Below, piece after piece: positions 1-13,104 of a stretch of DNA of 64,000 nucleotides. Both the position numbers and the translations under genes were made by a program. The DNA is from Eledone cirrhosa (lineage: Eukaryota): positions 116,622,001 to 116,686,000 of the forward strand of contig OZ024745.1 of the NCBI GenBank assembly GCA_964016885.1, read 5' to 3'. Every line of letters starts with the position of its first letter. Within the stretch, counting starts at the first letter, position 1. The notes beneath the pieces were generated by a model, which ran no database searches, had not been told where the DNA came from, and saw only the letters and a program-made list of their open reading frames with translations.

Positions 1-815
1 TAGTACATGTATCTATGAGTACATTGTGCTATTTAGGTTTAACATTATTTCCACCTAGCTATTGTATCTCACATAATTCATCAACTCTGCCGATATAGAC
101 AGTTCATGTATTGTACGTGTTGCCTGAAATTTCTCTTCGTCATGTATTTCACATAATCTTCCCGGCTTTCTTTCCCTTCTATTCTCTTCTCAGTGAAATA
201 ATTTCTTTGTTTCGCTACCAGATGACGAGAACGTGCTCTCCTGCTCAAATTTTTCGACCAATGAAATAAATATTTTATACGTCACTCTATTGTTTTTTGC
301 TGCTAAAGAAGCTTATGATGTTATTCCATGAAAGGTTTTTAGAACATATATCAATAAATGGGTATTCGATTAGTTAATTAATCTTTAGGTAAGTTGGTTA
401 ATTAGCAGAATAATTAGTTAGTTGGTTTGTTGGGCAACTATTTGATTACTTCATTACTTAGCCTGTCAGTTTGTTAGTTAATCAATTAATTAATCAGGTA
501 GTTTGTCAATGAGTTGGTTATTCAATAAATGAATTATTTCGTTTGTAATTTCATTAGTTAATCAGGTAGTCGGTTAATTAAATAACTCGCTACTTTAGGT
601 AGTGAGTGAGTCAGTTAATTAGTTTGTTAGTAAGCGGTTTTATTAAAGACACCAACAGAAAGGCTGATTTATTAGTAAAACTAAACATATGAAAGGTAAG
701 TACTTCTATAAGATAACTAATAAATGTTTCATAAATAAGCTATGTGTTTGAGCTATATTAAGTTAGTGTGAAACATAACAATAGAACTAGAGCATTATTG
801 AATTGTTGGCATTAG

Positions 816-1005
816 GGCGGTGGATTGGCAGTATCGGTAGACGGCCGGACGCCATGCTTTGACGCATAGAGTTACGGCCCTTGCCATTCTGAGTTCAAAT
901 CCCGCCAAGGTTAACTTTACCTTTCGTCCTTACGGGGTCGATAAAATAAAGTACCAGTAATACACTGGTTAATTGCTGGCCTTGTGCCAAAAGTAGAAAC
1001 AATTA
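816..1005 (+). mobile_element. tRNA-derived SINE, family S1 (near full length)
   Basis: A-box-like TGGCAGTATCGG, B-box-like GAGTTCAAATCC, core CCTTTC(A/G)TCCTTACGGGGTCGATAAAATAAAGTACCAGT and tail GGCCTTGTGCCAAAAGTAGAAAC; about 15 copies in window. Core resembles the Meta-SINE type domain (from memory). Confidence 0.9.
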
Positions 1006-1234
1006 TGTTAATCTGCTACGGAGGGAAAACTACGGAAGTAATAATAGTATAAAACAAAAAAGAAGGAGCCGAACGTATTTACACTTAAACATAGGAAATA
1101 AAACTTGAGTATTAATTTCTCTCAAAAGAATCTAATAAACAAAATACCGTTGGTTTAATTACAAATGATGGCACCACTTTTAAAACATGTTCTTCCCTCC
1201 AAGATTACATTTGCACATTTTAATAATCCAGTTA

Positions 1235-1360
1235 TGGCGGCGAACGTCAGATAGAATACTTTTGCCGTAGTCATTCCGGCTTTCTACGCAATGAGTTCAA
1301 ATCCCGCCGAAGTCAACTTGGCCTTTCGTCCTTTCGAGATCTATAAAAAAAAGTACGAGT
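1235..1360 (+). mobile_element. Degenerate S1 SINE
   Basis: GAGTTCAAATCCCGCCGAAGTCAACTTGGCCTTTCGTCCTTTCGAGATC matches S1 B-box and core. Confidence 0.7.
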
Positions 1361-1554
1361 TTAGTTCTCGGGTCAAATCTTCCTCTATATCTCTTTCCCC
1401 TCACTATCTATCCTTCTCTGGAAGAAATCTGCTTTATTCAGACCTGGATCGGGAATGCCATGCATTTACAATCCATTACCATAACAATTTATTTTGTAAG
1501 TCTGTAATATTTGTACTAATATTCAGTAATAATATTTCTATTATCACTAATAAT

Positions 1555-1739
1555 TGTTTCTACTTTAGGCACAAGGCCAGCAATTACCCAGTGCATTACT
1601 GGTACTTTATTTTATCGACCCCGTAAGGATGAAAGGCAAAGTCAACCTCGGCGGGATTTGAACTCAAATTGTAAAGGGACGTAACTATGCTGGAAAGCAT
1701 GGCGTCCGACCCTCTAGCGATACTGCCAATCCACCGCCC
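1555..1739 (-). mobile_element. S1 SINE with target-site duplication
   Basis: Reverse complement of S1; flanked by direct repeat TATTATCACTAATAAT at 1539-1554 and 1742-1757. Confidence 0.9.
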
Positions 1740-1799
1740 TATATTATCACTAATAATACTACTTCTAATAGGAGAGCTACAACTTCTAATTGTTGAACT

Positions 1800-2212
1800 A
1801 ATACAACAACAACAACTACTACTGCTACTACTACTACTACTACTACCACTACCTCTACTATAACTACTACCACTACCTCTACTACTACTACGACGACGAC
1901 GACAACCACCACCATACTACTACAACTACTACTGTCGCTGCTGCTACCACAACCACCACGACCACCACCATCTCCACCACCACCACTACTATTACTACTA
2001 TTACTACCACCTCCATCATCACCACAACCACCACCACCAATACTACTACTACCACCACCACCACCATCACCACTACTACTACTACTACTACTATCACAAC
2101 CATCACCATCATTACTACTACTACCACCACCACCATCACTAGTACTACTACTACTTCCACAACCACCACCACCATCACCATTATAACTACTATTTTTATT
2201 ATCATTATTATT
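1800..2212. repeat. (ACT/ACC/ACA)n trinucleotide low-complexity tract
   Basis: Visible directly; source of the poly-Val ORF 1888..2205. Confidence 0.9.
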
Positions 2213-2327
2213 ATTTTAGACTTTAATTTCCATATTTTGGCTGATGATTAAATCAAGCCCCATTCAGGCTTAAGTGTGGATACAACATTTTACATTCCTT
2301 ACCAGAAATGATGACATTAACATATCT

Positions 2328-2525
2328 AGCAGTGGATTGGCATTATTGGTAGAGCGTCAGACACCATGCTTTGCTGCATAGAGTCATGTCCGTTTAAGTT
2401 CTGAGTTCAAATCCCACCGAAGTAAACTCTGCTTTTCATATTTACGGCGTCGATAAAATAAAGCACCAATAACACACTGGAGTAATTGCTGTCCTTGTGC
2501 AGTAAAAAAAAGTAGAAACAATTAA
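2328..2525 (+). mobile_element. S1 SINE
   Basis: Collinear with 816-1005. Confidence 0.88.
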
Positions 2526-2658
2526 ATTATTTAGCACTATGATAAATATTTAACATAATTGACATTTAACATATTTAACATAACGACTATTGACGTAATC
2601 TGGATGTCTGCAAAAACTTAGTTGGTTTCTTATGAATCTCTAAAATAAACACTTACTC

Positions 2659-3054
2659 TGTGGTGAATTGGTCACCGTTACATTGTTCTCTTTACAAAAA
2701 CTGCCCTGAACCAGGGCAGTTGGCTACCTACAGATGTGAGCCTTACGAGCTGGGATGGCTTTCCAGAACGTCTCCGTCACCATCCACTGGGGAAACACCT
2801 TCTCTATTCTCTCTGCTGGGGCCGCGGGGTGACCAGCACGTGGGCCTCTATTTGCTCACAATAGTGAGAGATGGGAAGAGTGGGAGATACGGAGGCAGTG
2901 ACAGTGGGAGTTTGGTTCCTTTGAGTTCAGACTTGTTCGGTATATGTATGTTTCACAGTATATTATGTGCATTATACATCTGTGAACTCGAACAATATCT
3001 TTGTAAATTTATAAGTTCTTTCTTTTCAACTTCAGCAATCCGGTAACGACTACC
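2659..3054 (+). mobile_element. LTR-like dispersed repeat (possible solo LTR), family L
   Basis: TG...CA ends with weak inverted similarity. Internal blocks CACCATCC-GGGGAAAC-CCTTCT and ATTTGCTCAC..AGAGATGGG recur at 44449-44560 (+), 28495-28600 (-) and 14600-15052 (-). No TSD seen. Confidence 0.45.
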
Positions 3055-3501
3055 ATTTATAACATTTCAACTACTATATCCTCTGAGCACTATCAATTGT
3101 TAGCTTAATTACACCATACAACATTAATTTAGTTGTATTTCACCGTAGTTCAGCTTCTAATATATTCTGTGAATGTATTGATGCGGATATCGCCTCTGGT
3201 TTTCCATATCTTTTTACAAATCGAACAGAATTTCTCATGTGACCAATAGTATAATGTTGATAATCATTTATTTAATTGCATTGTAATGTATTGATGATCT
3301 TCTCTTTGTACTACTATAGTTCAGACAATCGTAACTGTCTGACATGTTTGTACTTGTTAACTACTCTACATCCCCTTACTATATTTATTTATTTTTATTC
3401 TTTATACATATCTTGTATTATTACTTTTATTTATTTTTTGCCCGTTAAACTTTTACCCTTTCTTGAGGAGTTTTTCAAATATTTTACTATGTTTTAAATT
3501 G

Positions 3502-3569
3502 CTTTGTGTGACGAACGAATGCGGACGTTTCTTGTATCCGTCTTATTCGGGAAACCTCTGGTAATGAAG
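3502..3569 (+). ncRNA. Degenerate type I HHR (C3 changed to G)
   Basis: ctttgt-GTGACGA-acgaat...attcgg-GAAA-cc tct gg-TA-atgaag; just 5' of (TA)n. Confidence 0.5.
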
Positions 3570-3600
3570 TAATTATAGTGTATTGTTTATTATACATTAA

Positions 3601-3676
<76 letters not shown>

Positions 3677-3699
3677 ATCTTAGACAGAAACAAAAACAG

Positions 3700-5416
3700 A
3701 GAGGCAGTACAAATATGAGTTTATTAGGTTCAAGCTTTTGAGAGTGGGGGGGGGGGACGTTTCGGGCAGAATCCCTTCATCAGGAGAAAAGTGGGTAGGA
3801 AGAGAGTTCCGAGGATGTGTGGGGAGTGGTGGGAAGACATTTAAAACAAGGGGGGAGAAAAGGGAGGTAGAATGATTTTAGAAGTACAAATAAAAATGAA
3901 AATAAACATAAAAATAAACAAATGGTGGAAGGGTGTGGAGCGTGTAGGGGTGGCGGCGGGTGGAATTGGGAGAGGGAAGCGGGGGTCCGAGCGGGGAGGG
4001 CTTAAGGTGGTGTTTGTGTATGTGTGTAGGTGTACGTGTGTCTGTGTGTATGTGAATGTGAGAGTTGGGGGAAGAACGAGGTTCCATGTTCAGGTAAAGA
4101 AGAACCGGTGTGTACATGGGTGGGGTGTAAGTCGGCGTGTGCGTGCGTGTGGATTCCGGAGGCGGAGTGGGTGTGTATGGGGATACGCATGTGTGTGTTT
4201 GTGTTTATACGTGGTGTGGATGTAGGTGGCGTGGTTCGAAAACAAATGTGAGTGTTTGTTCGTGGGTATTTTCCTAAAGTAGTTCCGTGCAGTGTGCGAT
4301 ATGATGTTGGATATTTGTCATGTTATGGAGTTGATAGCTGGAACGATGACCGGTGGTGTGGAATCCATTTGTGGTGGTGCGGAAGTGGAGAGATGTGGGG
4401 TGCGCGCGCAACGGGAAGTGGTCAGAGGGTCAAGACAGGGTGAAGAGATAGCAGTAGAGGAGGATGACAGGTGAAGAAAGGGTGGACTGTGTGTCTGTGT
4501 GGGCTGAGGTGCGGTGGACAGGGGAGAGGATGGGTAGGTGTGAAAGGTGGAGGGGGAAGGTGGTGATGTGGGGAGATGGGGTGTATATTAGTGGAGGTGT
4601 TAGTGGGATGTGTGTGTGTGAAGGGGTGTAGATGGAGCGGGGAGAGGGAGAGGGATAGAAAAGGTGATGGGGACGGGGGAGGGTTTGTAGTGTACTGGTG
4701 TGTGTGTGCGTGTTTGGATGAGTGTGTGTGTGGTAAAGGGGGTGTTAGTGGGTGTTAGGATACTGGTGGTGGGGAAAGGATTAATGCGGGTGGGTAAGAG
4801 GAGGTTAGTGGTGGTTGGGTGTGTGTGTGATGGTGTGTGTTCGGGTAGATGGGATCGGGGGGTGGGGGTGTTATTATTATTAGTTGTGGGTGGGCCAAGG
4901 GGATGAGGGAGGTGAAATGGAGGAGTGCGTTAGTGGTGTTAATGGAGTGTGTGAGGGGGAAAGGTGGGCGGTCGAAGGCTAAAGGAATAGGGGTGAGGAG
5001 TTCAGGCCGAGAGAGGGGGGGGGGGCGTTAGGGTAAAGATGGTGTGTTGTTCGACCGTAAGGCGGGTGGCGGGTGTTCCATGGCAATGGAGCAGGCCACA
5101 GACTGTGAGGTGTTGGACGGAATGTCCAAGGGAGCCAAAGTGGCTGGCGATGGGGGAACTCCCGCCGAGACGAATACCACGGAGGTGTTCAGTGAAACGG
5201 TCCGCCAGGCGACGTCCAGTCTGTCCGACGTAGGTTGCCATAGACTAGGTTGGAGGAGGTGGAGCGGAAGGCGTGCCGGACAGAGAGAGAGTGGCCGTTG
5301 GGACCCTGGAGGGTGGTGGTGTTCGTGATGTGCGGACAGGTGTGGCAGCGAGGCTTGGAACAGAGAAGGGAACCGGGGAGGGGGGAGCCCAAATTACGCC
5401 GTACAGTGCTCGGCAA
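3700..5416 (-). mobile_element. 5'-truncated Penelope-like element (GIY-YIG end plus low-complexity 3' UTR), Neptune-like
   Basis: ORFs 5189..5416 and 5002..5241 (-) give CSKPRCHTC linker, SSNLVY, YVGQTGRRLADRFTEH, PIASHF, with a frameshift/deletion; HHR core near the 3' end. Confidence 0.85.
3756..3790 (-). ncRNA. Minimal HHR core in PLE 3' region
   Basis: Minus strand: CTGATGA-a-ggg attctg ccc-GAAA-cgTC; stem I pairing not recoverable. Confidence 0.6.
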
Positions 5417-5451
5417 CCATCGTCGCCCTTTTGTTCACCACTGACACAGGA

Positions 5452-5494
5452 ACGATGTACTAGTTTCAAGCTTATTAGCTATCGTCAGCATCGT
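5452..5494 (-). ncRNA. Intact minimal type I HHR
   Basis: Minus strand: acgatg-CTGACGA-t agct aata agct t-GAAA-c ta g-TA-catcgt; perfect 6-bp stem I, GUA site. Confidence 0.85.
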
Positions 5495-5904
5495 ATACCT
5501 TTCTGTCAGATGATTGAACGTTTGAAAGTATATACTTTCCTTATGCATATTAACGGGTGAGCAGTCTAATTTGCATATCGAGTGAGTTAGTCAGCCGATC
5601 GCACCGAAAACGATAAATGGAAAAGAATGAAACGAAATTTCATTTTTCACTCTTAGTATGGCTGATACCTAAATATAAATACGGCGTAATTCGGGCTGTT
5701 TGTTTACAAACAAACCGAACGTTATAATAAATGTTCGGTAAACCCATACGTACATATATATATTTGTGCATGTATGTATATATATACATACTACTGTACG
5801 TCTGTACACATATATGTATGTACGTATAAATACTTATATTTAGGTATCAGCCGTACTAAGTGTGAGAAATGAAATTCCGTTTCATTCTTTTCAAAGTTCT
5901 TTGA

Positions 5905-6171
5905 TAAACTATATATATGTGTTTGAGTCTATATTGTATCTGTATTATTTTTTACCGTTGGTCAGTCAATGGCAACATTGAGGACCGAATTAATTAGATT
6001 ACCAATATAAAAGACACAGAAGCGAAAAGCGAAAACCAACCAAACAGTGAGTGTGTTCTGTTATTAATTCTGGCAATATTACACAAATATGACCCTCCCC
6101 AAGTATAACAATATTTGTTTCGACACACGATTTCATAACGATTTCGACACACGATTTCATCAAAAACCTCA

Positions 6172-6178
<7 letters not shown>
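5905..6178 (+). mobile_element. 3' terminus of PLE family E abutting (TA)n
   Basis: Matches 59725-59815 (+) and 22085-22275 (-); ends TGACCCTCCCCAAGTATAAC...CACAAAATATATA. Confidence 0.75.
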
Positions 6179-6206
<28 letters not shown>

Positions 6207-6339
6207 GATAAATCAACCAAGAGTTTACGGTAGTGTCCAATCCGTATGAAGAACTCAATGTAATCCGGATATCATGGAAAGAAGAGATGCAATGAAAAAT
6301 CACTTTCGGTGAAAGATAAACGGAATACAGAGTCAAGAT

Positions 6340-6519
6340 AAAATATTAAAAAAATAATGAATAAAACAATGAAACAGTTCCTTATATTAAACAAAAAAAG
6401 TTCATTATTTAACGATCTAAATAATGAATCGTTAAATAAAGGATCGTTAAATAATGAACTTTTTTTGTTTAATATAAGGAACTGTTTCATTGTTTTATTC
6501 ATTATTTTTTTAATATTTT
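6340..6519. repeat. Inverted repeat, 78-bp arms, next to (TA)n
   Basis: 6340-6417 is the reverse complement of 6442-6519. Confidence 0.9.
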
Positions 6520-6523
6520 TTTA

Positions 6524-6577
<54 letters not shown>

Positions 6578-6764
6578 AAAGAATAGAAGTGTAACACACG
6601 GACGCTCTATCTCAAAATTATTTTTGAAAAGCATTAGAAATACGCAACCGGTAAAACTTGAAACCAAAACTGAATACCAACCAATACAATTACTAATTCT
6701 CACTTATTCCTAATGAAACTATTTTTCACTGTGAACAATTTGTCAGCATTTTCTATTCCGTTTA

Positions 6765-6849
<85 letters not shown>

Positions 6850-7454
6850 TACAATGTTTGTATGTATATACATATGGCAGGATATTTTATAACATTCGTT
6901 GTTTATAACCAATGTAATGAAATAGAACATCTCGCACTGAGATTTGTTCTGTGCTTAGAACAGCCTGAAGATTCTTGTCATATATAAGGTGAAGTGCATT
7001 CACATTGATACCTTCATATTATGCCATTTCTTCTCTACTTCCTTCGCTACAATAGATTTTCAATATATTGTATAGCTTTTTGTCAGTTCTTATTGATTTT
7101 ATCTGTGTTTTGCGTTGAACTTTGTTTTTTGTTCAGACCTATTTATACAAGTTTGCTCGCTTTTTATTTGTGTGAGCTTTTCTGAAGCGGCTCAATTACA
7201 TTTCTAACCAACAAAGAGATGAACTATGGTAAAATACCCTTAACAAGACATGCTCAACATCGATGTATCTCTATAGATGCTGCAGCCCTAGCACTTGCTT
7301 GCTATTATCAGTCTAAGTCTGCAAATACCTCCATATTGTGTCCGTTACGTGTAGATCAACATTCTGACTAGCGGAACAAGAATATATGGTAGTTCACATC
7401 AACGTATCCGACGTTATGCTCAGAAAGAAATTGCGTATTTGGTGATGTTTAATT

Positions 7455-8385
7455 ACTAATCCACTTCAAAGTCGTCCCCTTTTGACTCCCCACACTTAGT
7501 CCAGCAATACGTCTACTGTTCCAAGTATGGCTGAAATGCCTCTTCCGGAATAGCTCTCAGTCCCGCCGTTGTTGTCCACATGATGACGAAGTTTTCAAAT
7601 TGGGAGCATTTCAGTGGCATCTTCATTTTTGGGAACAGGAGGCATGTCTGGAGAATAGGGAGCCGGGTGAAGGAGCAAGGAGAGGAATGTCTTTTTTGCC
7701 AAAGAAACTTTAGATCAGGGTGTTGTCGACTCAAAGATCCGGTCTCTTGCCCCATACTGCATCACGAAGACGCCGGAGAAATTCCTGATAGCACTCCTTC
7801 AGGACTATTTGTCCTTCTAGTGCGTATTCATAATTGTTTCTACTTTTTTGTTTCTACACAAGGCCATCAATTATCTCAGTGTATTACTGGTACTTTATTT
7901 TATCTACCCCGTAAGGATAAAAGGCAAAGTTAACCTCGACAGGATTTGGACTCAGACCATAAAGAGAGGTAACTCCATGCTGAAAAGCATGGCGTCCGAC
8001 ACTCTACCGATACTGCCAATCCACGTATTTATAATGCACAACAATTAGGTAGTCAAAGAAACAGCCAGCATCCTTTTGATTTTAGTTGGTATCTGCTGTG
8101 ATGGTAGGGCTTCTGTAAAGTTGGATGATCCCATTCAGTTTTACGGATCGTACCCGGTCAACCACGTCTCACCTTCATTTATCACGGTATTCCAGAAGTC
8201 AAGTTCCTTGTTCACAGGATCGGACGGATTGAAAATACGACGAGTAAGGAATACAGCTCATCACACGTGACTGCCTGGCAGGGACTGACGCATCTACTCA
8301 ATGTAATCGGCTCCACACTGCGCACATTTCTCTGATAGCCTCATTACTTCTGGTACCCGGAACGTTATGAGCTTGCCGTTTCTAG
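7455..8385 (-). pseudogene. Decayed mariner transposase interrupted by a SINE
   Basis: Minus-strand translations FWNTVINEGETWLTGYDP (ITGDETW-YDP motif), YQEFLRRLRDAV, LFPKMKMPLK...IPEEAFQ...WTKC.ESKGDDFE; stops and frameshifts. Confidence 0.8.
7830..8024 (-). mobile_element. S1 SINE nested in mariner relic
   Basis: Reverse complement of S1 consensus. Confidence 0.85.
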
Positions 8386-8877
8386 AATGTTCCATTTATA
8401 TTGTTCCATTTAAATATTGCTCCGATGGCCTCAGAGTTCCCCAATGAACCGGAACAGGGAAGGGGAAATGTCTATTCCTGCACCTTGAAGAATTCTTATT
8501 ATGGATGAATCTACTTCTGAATTTTCCGCTAATCCACTCTAGCTATAAATCATAATTTCAATTTCTCTCTGCTCATTTAATATATTTTAATAGACTTCTA
8601 GTAATTTCCTACTGTCAATTACATCACCTTTTCCCTTCTAATGTAAACATACCCATATTGTCATCAATTTCTCCCATTGAGTTTTAAATATTTACAAACG
8701 CTTCTTAAGGTAGTTGCGGTGAAATTGAGTGATATATATCACCAACTGATGTCAGTATGTAAGATAAGACTGACATGTTGTTTGTCGATGTCCTTGTATT
8801 TCTGAAAATATTCAACACAACACACGTAAAACGTGTGCCTAAAGGGTGCCCGGACTCGAGTTTCTGCCGCACTATTG

Positions 8878-8947
<70 letters not shown>

Positions 8948-8949
<2 letters not shown>

Positions 8950-9089
8950 TAAGTTATTCCGGGCTGAATCGGGGGTAAACCACAGTAAGTAAGGTACTCA
9001 ATATATAGCAGAGTATAAAAGTTTTAATATAGATGATTTCTAAAGAATGAAACAGTTCTAGTCCTGTAGAATCTTGTCTATATTAAAAC

Positions 9090-9090
<1 letters not shown>
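8948..9090. mobile_element. Family C TA-inserted element (inverted two-arm copy with partial HHR)
   Basis: 8948-9030 matches the reverse complement of about 32532-32612; 9033-9070 ATGA-tttc taaa gaat-GAAA-cag ttctagtc ctg-TA-gaa matches the family C HHR; (TA)n on both sides. Confidence 0.75.
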
Positions 9091-9122
<32 letters not shown>

Positions 9123-9123
9123 G

Positions 9124-9227
<104 letters not shown>

Positions 9228-9872
9228 CGTATGTGTATATATATATTATATATATTCACGACATCTTCTACATTTAGACCCTACCATTGAGTGGTAGATT
9301 TATCTGTGTATCTGTATATATATATAGTTACAATTTGCTTACAAACTAAAGTTTTAATGTTGAAGGCGTTTAATAACTGACAATCGTTTCTTCCCTCGCA
9401 GATATACCACATACACCAAATATAGCAAATCTTTTTTGTTAACAATTTGCCCTTAGTGAGCATAGACTATGGGTGTCACTAACGTGTAATTAAAATACTA
9501 ATACAAATCACTCAAGAAAAAAACATAATATATATCGCTCATCAAAATATCAAGCTAAAAATAAATACAATTACAAACATAGTTCAGGGAATATCTAGTC
9601 CAAAAATATAGTGTCAGTTGTACTAAATGTTGTTTGGAAGAAGTATTTCCTAGAACGAATTGGAATTTATAGTAAAAAAATGGTGTTATTTGTTTCTAAG
9701 GTTTTGTAAGAAAATTGTTTCTATATAACGCTTCTGCATGATCCTGTCATTGTGTTGAGCTAAAATACACCTAATAAATAATTAATATTTACTCTCATTA
9801 ATATTACTATTATATATATGAAATAGAGGCCAGTAGGTTAGAATATATCTCATTTTATTGATTACATAATCG

Positions 9873-9962
9873 CTGCTATACGTATTTCGACGGTAACTGT
9901 TATATAACAGTTATATAACTGTTATATAACTGTTATATAACAGTTACTACCTCGTCATACAA
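9873..9962 (-). ncRNA. Degenerate HHR with long palindromic stem II
   Basis: Minus strand: ttgt-ATGACGA-ggtagtaactg...cagttaccgtc-GAAA-ta cg ta-TA-gcag; C3 changed to A. Confidence 0.5.
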
Positions 9963-12295
9963 ATATTACGTGAACAGAAAATTACATGTATAAAATAACA
10001 TCAACAGAAATAAAATGATTAATAATTATTCATGCAGTTTCACGAGTGGATTATTGGTGTTGTTCAGTCAAGCCCTTTTGATATCGTTCTCAGATTTTGA
10101 ATATTATGCTTTTTATCCGATATATTTTGCCTCCTTTAAAGAAGGGGATATAATTTCATGTGCCAGCAATAACTATTTTCTACTGCTGCTTGGAGAGTAC
10201 AAGCAAAGCCCTCGTGGTATTGGTAATACTGTGGCAGTCTAGCACAGTCATCCATCTGATGAACATAATGCAATGATGCTTTTTTTGCATTCGGCACCTA
10301 GGATTCTCTTCTTAGAAAATATATTTTCGAAAGATGGACTGCAATCTGCATTCGAAAACTATTCGTTTGACAAAACATATTCACATATCCTTGTTGTTGC
10401 TGCTGTTGCTACTGCTGTTGCTACTGCTGTTATTTTTGTTGTTGTTTTAGTCCATCGAGATTTCAGTATTGTTACTAGTTTCGTGAAGAGCGCGATATCC
10501 CCCGCCAGTAATCCTCTATCGGCTGGTAAGGGTCCCTGGTTTATTGACTACATTCCTATTGCTTGGCGCTACTTCTCGATCTTTGCTTGACCCAGGACTG
10601 CTCCTCCGTTACGGAGACGGACTCGGGAAGCACGTGTCTGGCGAACAGTATATAAAATTGGAAGAGAGGAATGTCTATACAATCGACCCAGCAATTATTT
10701 TTAATGCTCTGTTGTTATAATAATAACACTCGGCCGTCCTACTATTAAAGATAATACTGAAGATGTGATACAAACTGCCCTGGTAAAGTACAGGTTACGG
10801 TAAGTAATGTGATATATCTAATTCTATATAAAGTTCGTTAGACTCTTGAAATAGGCAGGCTTTATTAAATAGTGAAATTCACTGTATAACACTTTTAATG
10901 AGTCAGAATGAAATATGCAAGCCTCGTGTAATTACACCAAACAAAAATACTACTGTTGTATTTGTTGAAGCCCTTAATATTTCGTTTTCCTTGTAAGTAC
11001 TGTGGAATATCGACTGCTTCAAGTTTCGAAATAAGTTCCAATCACGTAAATTTAATAACTCGCGTATATTTAATAATAGTTTCCACCCAAGAAACATTGA
11101 GAGTGTTATTTTGATGATGTTGAAAGATATGGAAACGTTGGACTCTATAGTGAGCTACGTAGACGTTGTTTATATTCTTAATTAGTATTATTTCCCTTTG
11201 TTTACGCAACTAATACTATTGACAAAACTATGAGTTACCCACATTTTAATTTCGGCTTTTCTGTAGCATCAAATGTGTAGTAAACCTATAATAAATCAAT
11301 GCTTTTCTTCCTCCACATTTCACTAATATTTAATCCAAATGTTAAAACAACAAATTTAATTGATTTAATTTTGTCTTTCAGAAAATATTCATTTTTCTTT
11401 TCCGTATTAGTATTATTGGAATATTTATTTCCTTAAAACTTAATGCATACGGAGTATGAATATTTCTAATCAATATCACAATGCATTTAGTATTGTAAAA
11501 GAAAAGGAAACCTATCAATTTTCTTCCGTCTAATTCTTCCAACTCTTTAACTGAAATTTCCTGAGACCTGCCAAATCTTTCTTCTGTGTTCAGTTCATAT
11601 CGTGTGATCAGAATTACAAAACGTGAACTTGCATTTACGCATTTAGGAATAATATTGCCATTTAGATTAGAGGCAGTTTACGTGATACAAACGATTACAG
11701 GCTTAAATGTAAAAATAATTTGACACGTTTGGTTTTATGTCTTAACAAAGAATTATAGAAGAGTTTTACAACAGAATTTCAATGCATTTCAGAAATGAAA
11801 ATTTCTATTTTTTGGGTCATCATTAAATCAATATCAGATAAAATAGAATACATAATAATAGAAACTTATGCTGATGTAATAACCGGATTCTTCATTTGTT
11901 AAAAGAAATAAAATTAATTACTACGATATCCATTTTATTTTATTTTTAAATTCTATTTTTAAATTTATAAAAATTCTCTGAAAGAGAAAATTCATCCCAA
12001 GTATTTCTCAAATGATTTTAAATTTTTCTTCTTTCAAAATCTTAATTACTCACTTTGAATCTCATGCATATGTTCTACAATATTCATAAATATTAACTTA
12101 AGTAAACATCGGACGCTGAAATAAAAATATAAATATATAAATATATGAACAACATAATATTTTCATATGGGAAAAGTTAGATAAACATGCAGGATTACGA
12201 AGTCTTCATAATAAATTGCAATGTCCTTCACGTAAAAACCTGTATATATATATGTGTGTGTGTGTGTATGTATATATATATATATATATATATAC

Positions 12296-12612
12296 TTCGT
12301 TTTTTTTTGCAAGATTTCTTGTCTGAAAACGTGTGTTGAAACGGATATTATTATAATTTGGGAGGGTCAGGCTACTAATAAAAACACACGCACCTTTGTT
12401 TTAAATTCAATTTATTACAAAAGCAGGAGGGTGTAGACCAGAACAAAGGAGAAACACAAAATATGAAATCAGTCACTGAACAGATCACAGAATGTATGGA
12501 GAAAGAGCTTTGACAATGAATAAACAACTATCTGGGAATTTGTAATACATTGAAGGAAAAAGCAACAGGTGCATGTGTTTTATTGGCAGCATGACCCTCC
12601 CAAAGTATAACC
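12296..12612. mobile_element. Family E-related termini in inverted orientation within (TA)n
   Basis: 12351-12394 is an imperfect reverse complement of 12567-12610 (GGGAGGGTCA / TGACCCTCCC motif shared with 6090, 22092, 41660). Confidence 0.7.
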
Positions 12613-12666
12613 ATATATATATATATATATATATATAAAGAATTTTCGCTCTACATGGCTGAATAC

Positions 12667-12962
12667 AATAAATGTAATCTGAGTTTTTCGAATATTAATA
12701 ATAACATTTGCAATTATGCAAAGAAGCTTCATTTTTAAAGCAATGTCATTAGCTCTGACTGTTGGCAGGTGAAAAGTGAGCTGTACTTATGAATGGTGAT
12801 ACCCAGAAACATTAGTGTCTGCAGTTCTGTTTATATACCACCACAAGAGCGAGAATGAAGTGTTCATTCTACCGACATGGCTTTAAAAATGAGGCTTGTT
12901 GGCATAATTGCAAACGAATTGAATGTTATTATTAATATTCAAAAAACACAGATTAAATTTAT
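12667..12962. repeat. Imperfect inverted repeat within (TA)n
   Basis: About 12667-12748 pairs with about 12874-12962. Confidence 0.7.
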
Positions 12963-12965
12963 ATA

Positions 12966-13016
<51 letters not shown>

Positions 13017-13020
<4 letters not shown>

Positions 13021-13104
13021 GAAAATCCGAAGGCAAGGTAAAATTCCAATCATTTAACCACGACACATGTTTCAATAAGAGATAGATCGATTGTCAAGCC
13101 ATGG
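13017..13104 (-). mobile_element. Family F terminal fragment carrying the GAAA half of an HHR
   Basis: Near-identical to 51317-51404; stops in the stem II loop; abuts (TA)n. Confidence 0.8.

Noticed and set aside
650-702. Candidate exon ending in GTAAGT
   Set aside because: Stops in all three frames.
2241-2260. Isolated CTGATGA (also 10256, 15400, 17929, 33518, 48458 and similar)
   Set aside because: No correctly placed GAAA, UH or stems, so not counted as HHRs.
7012-7046. Minus-strand micro-exon KEVEKKWHNMK resembling a Myb/SANT helix
   Set aside because: Only 11 residues with a weak donor, and no supporting neighbouring exons.
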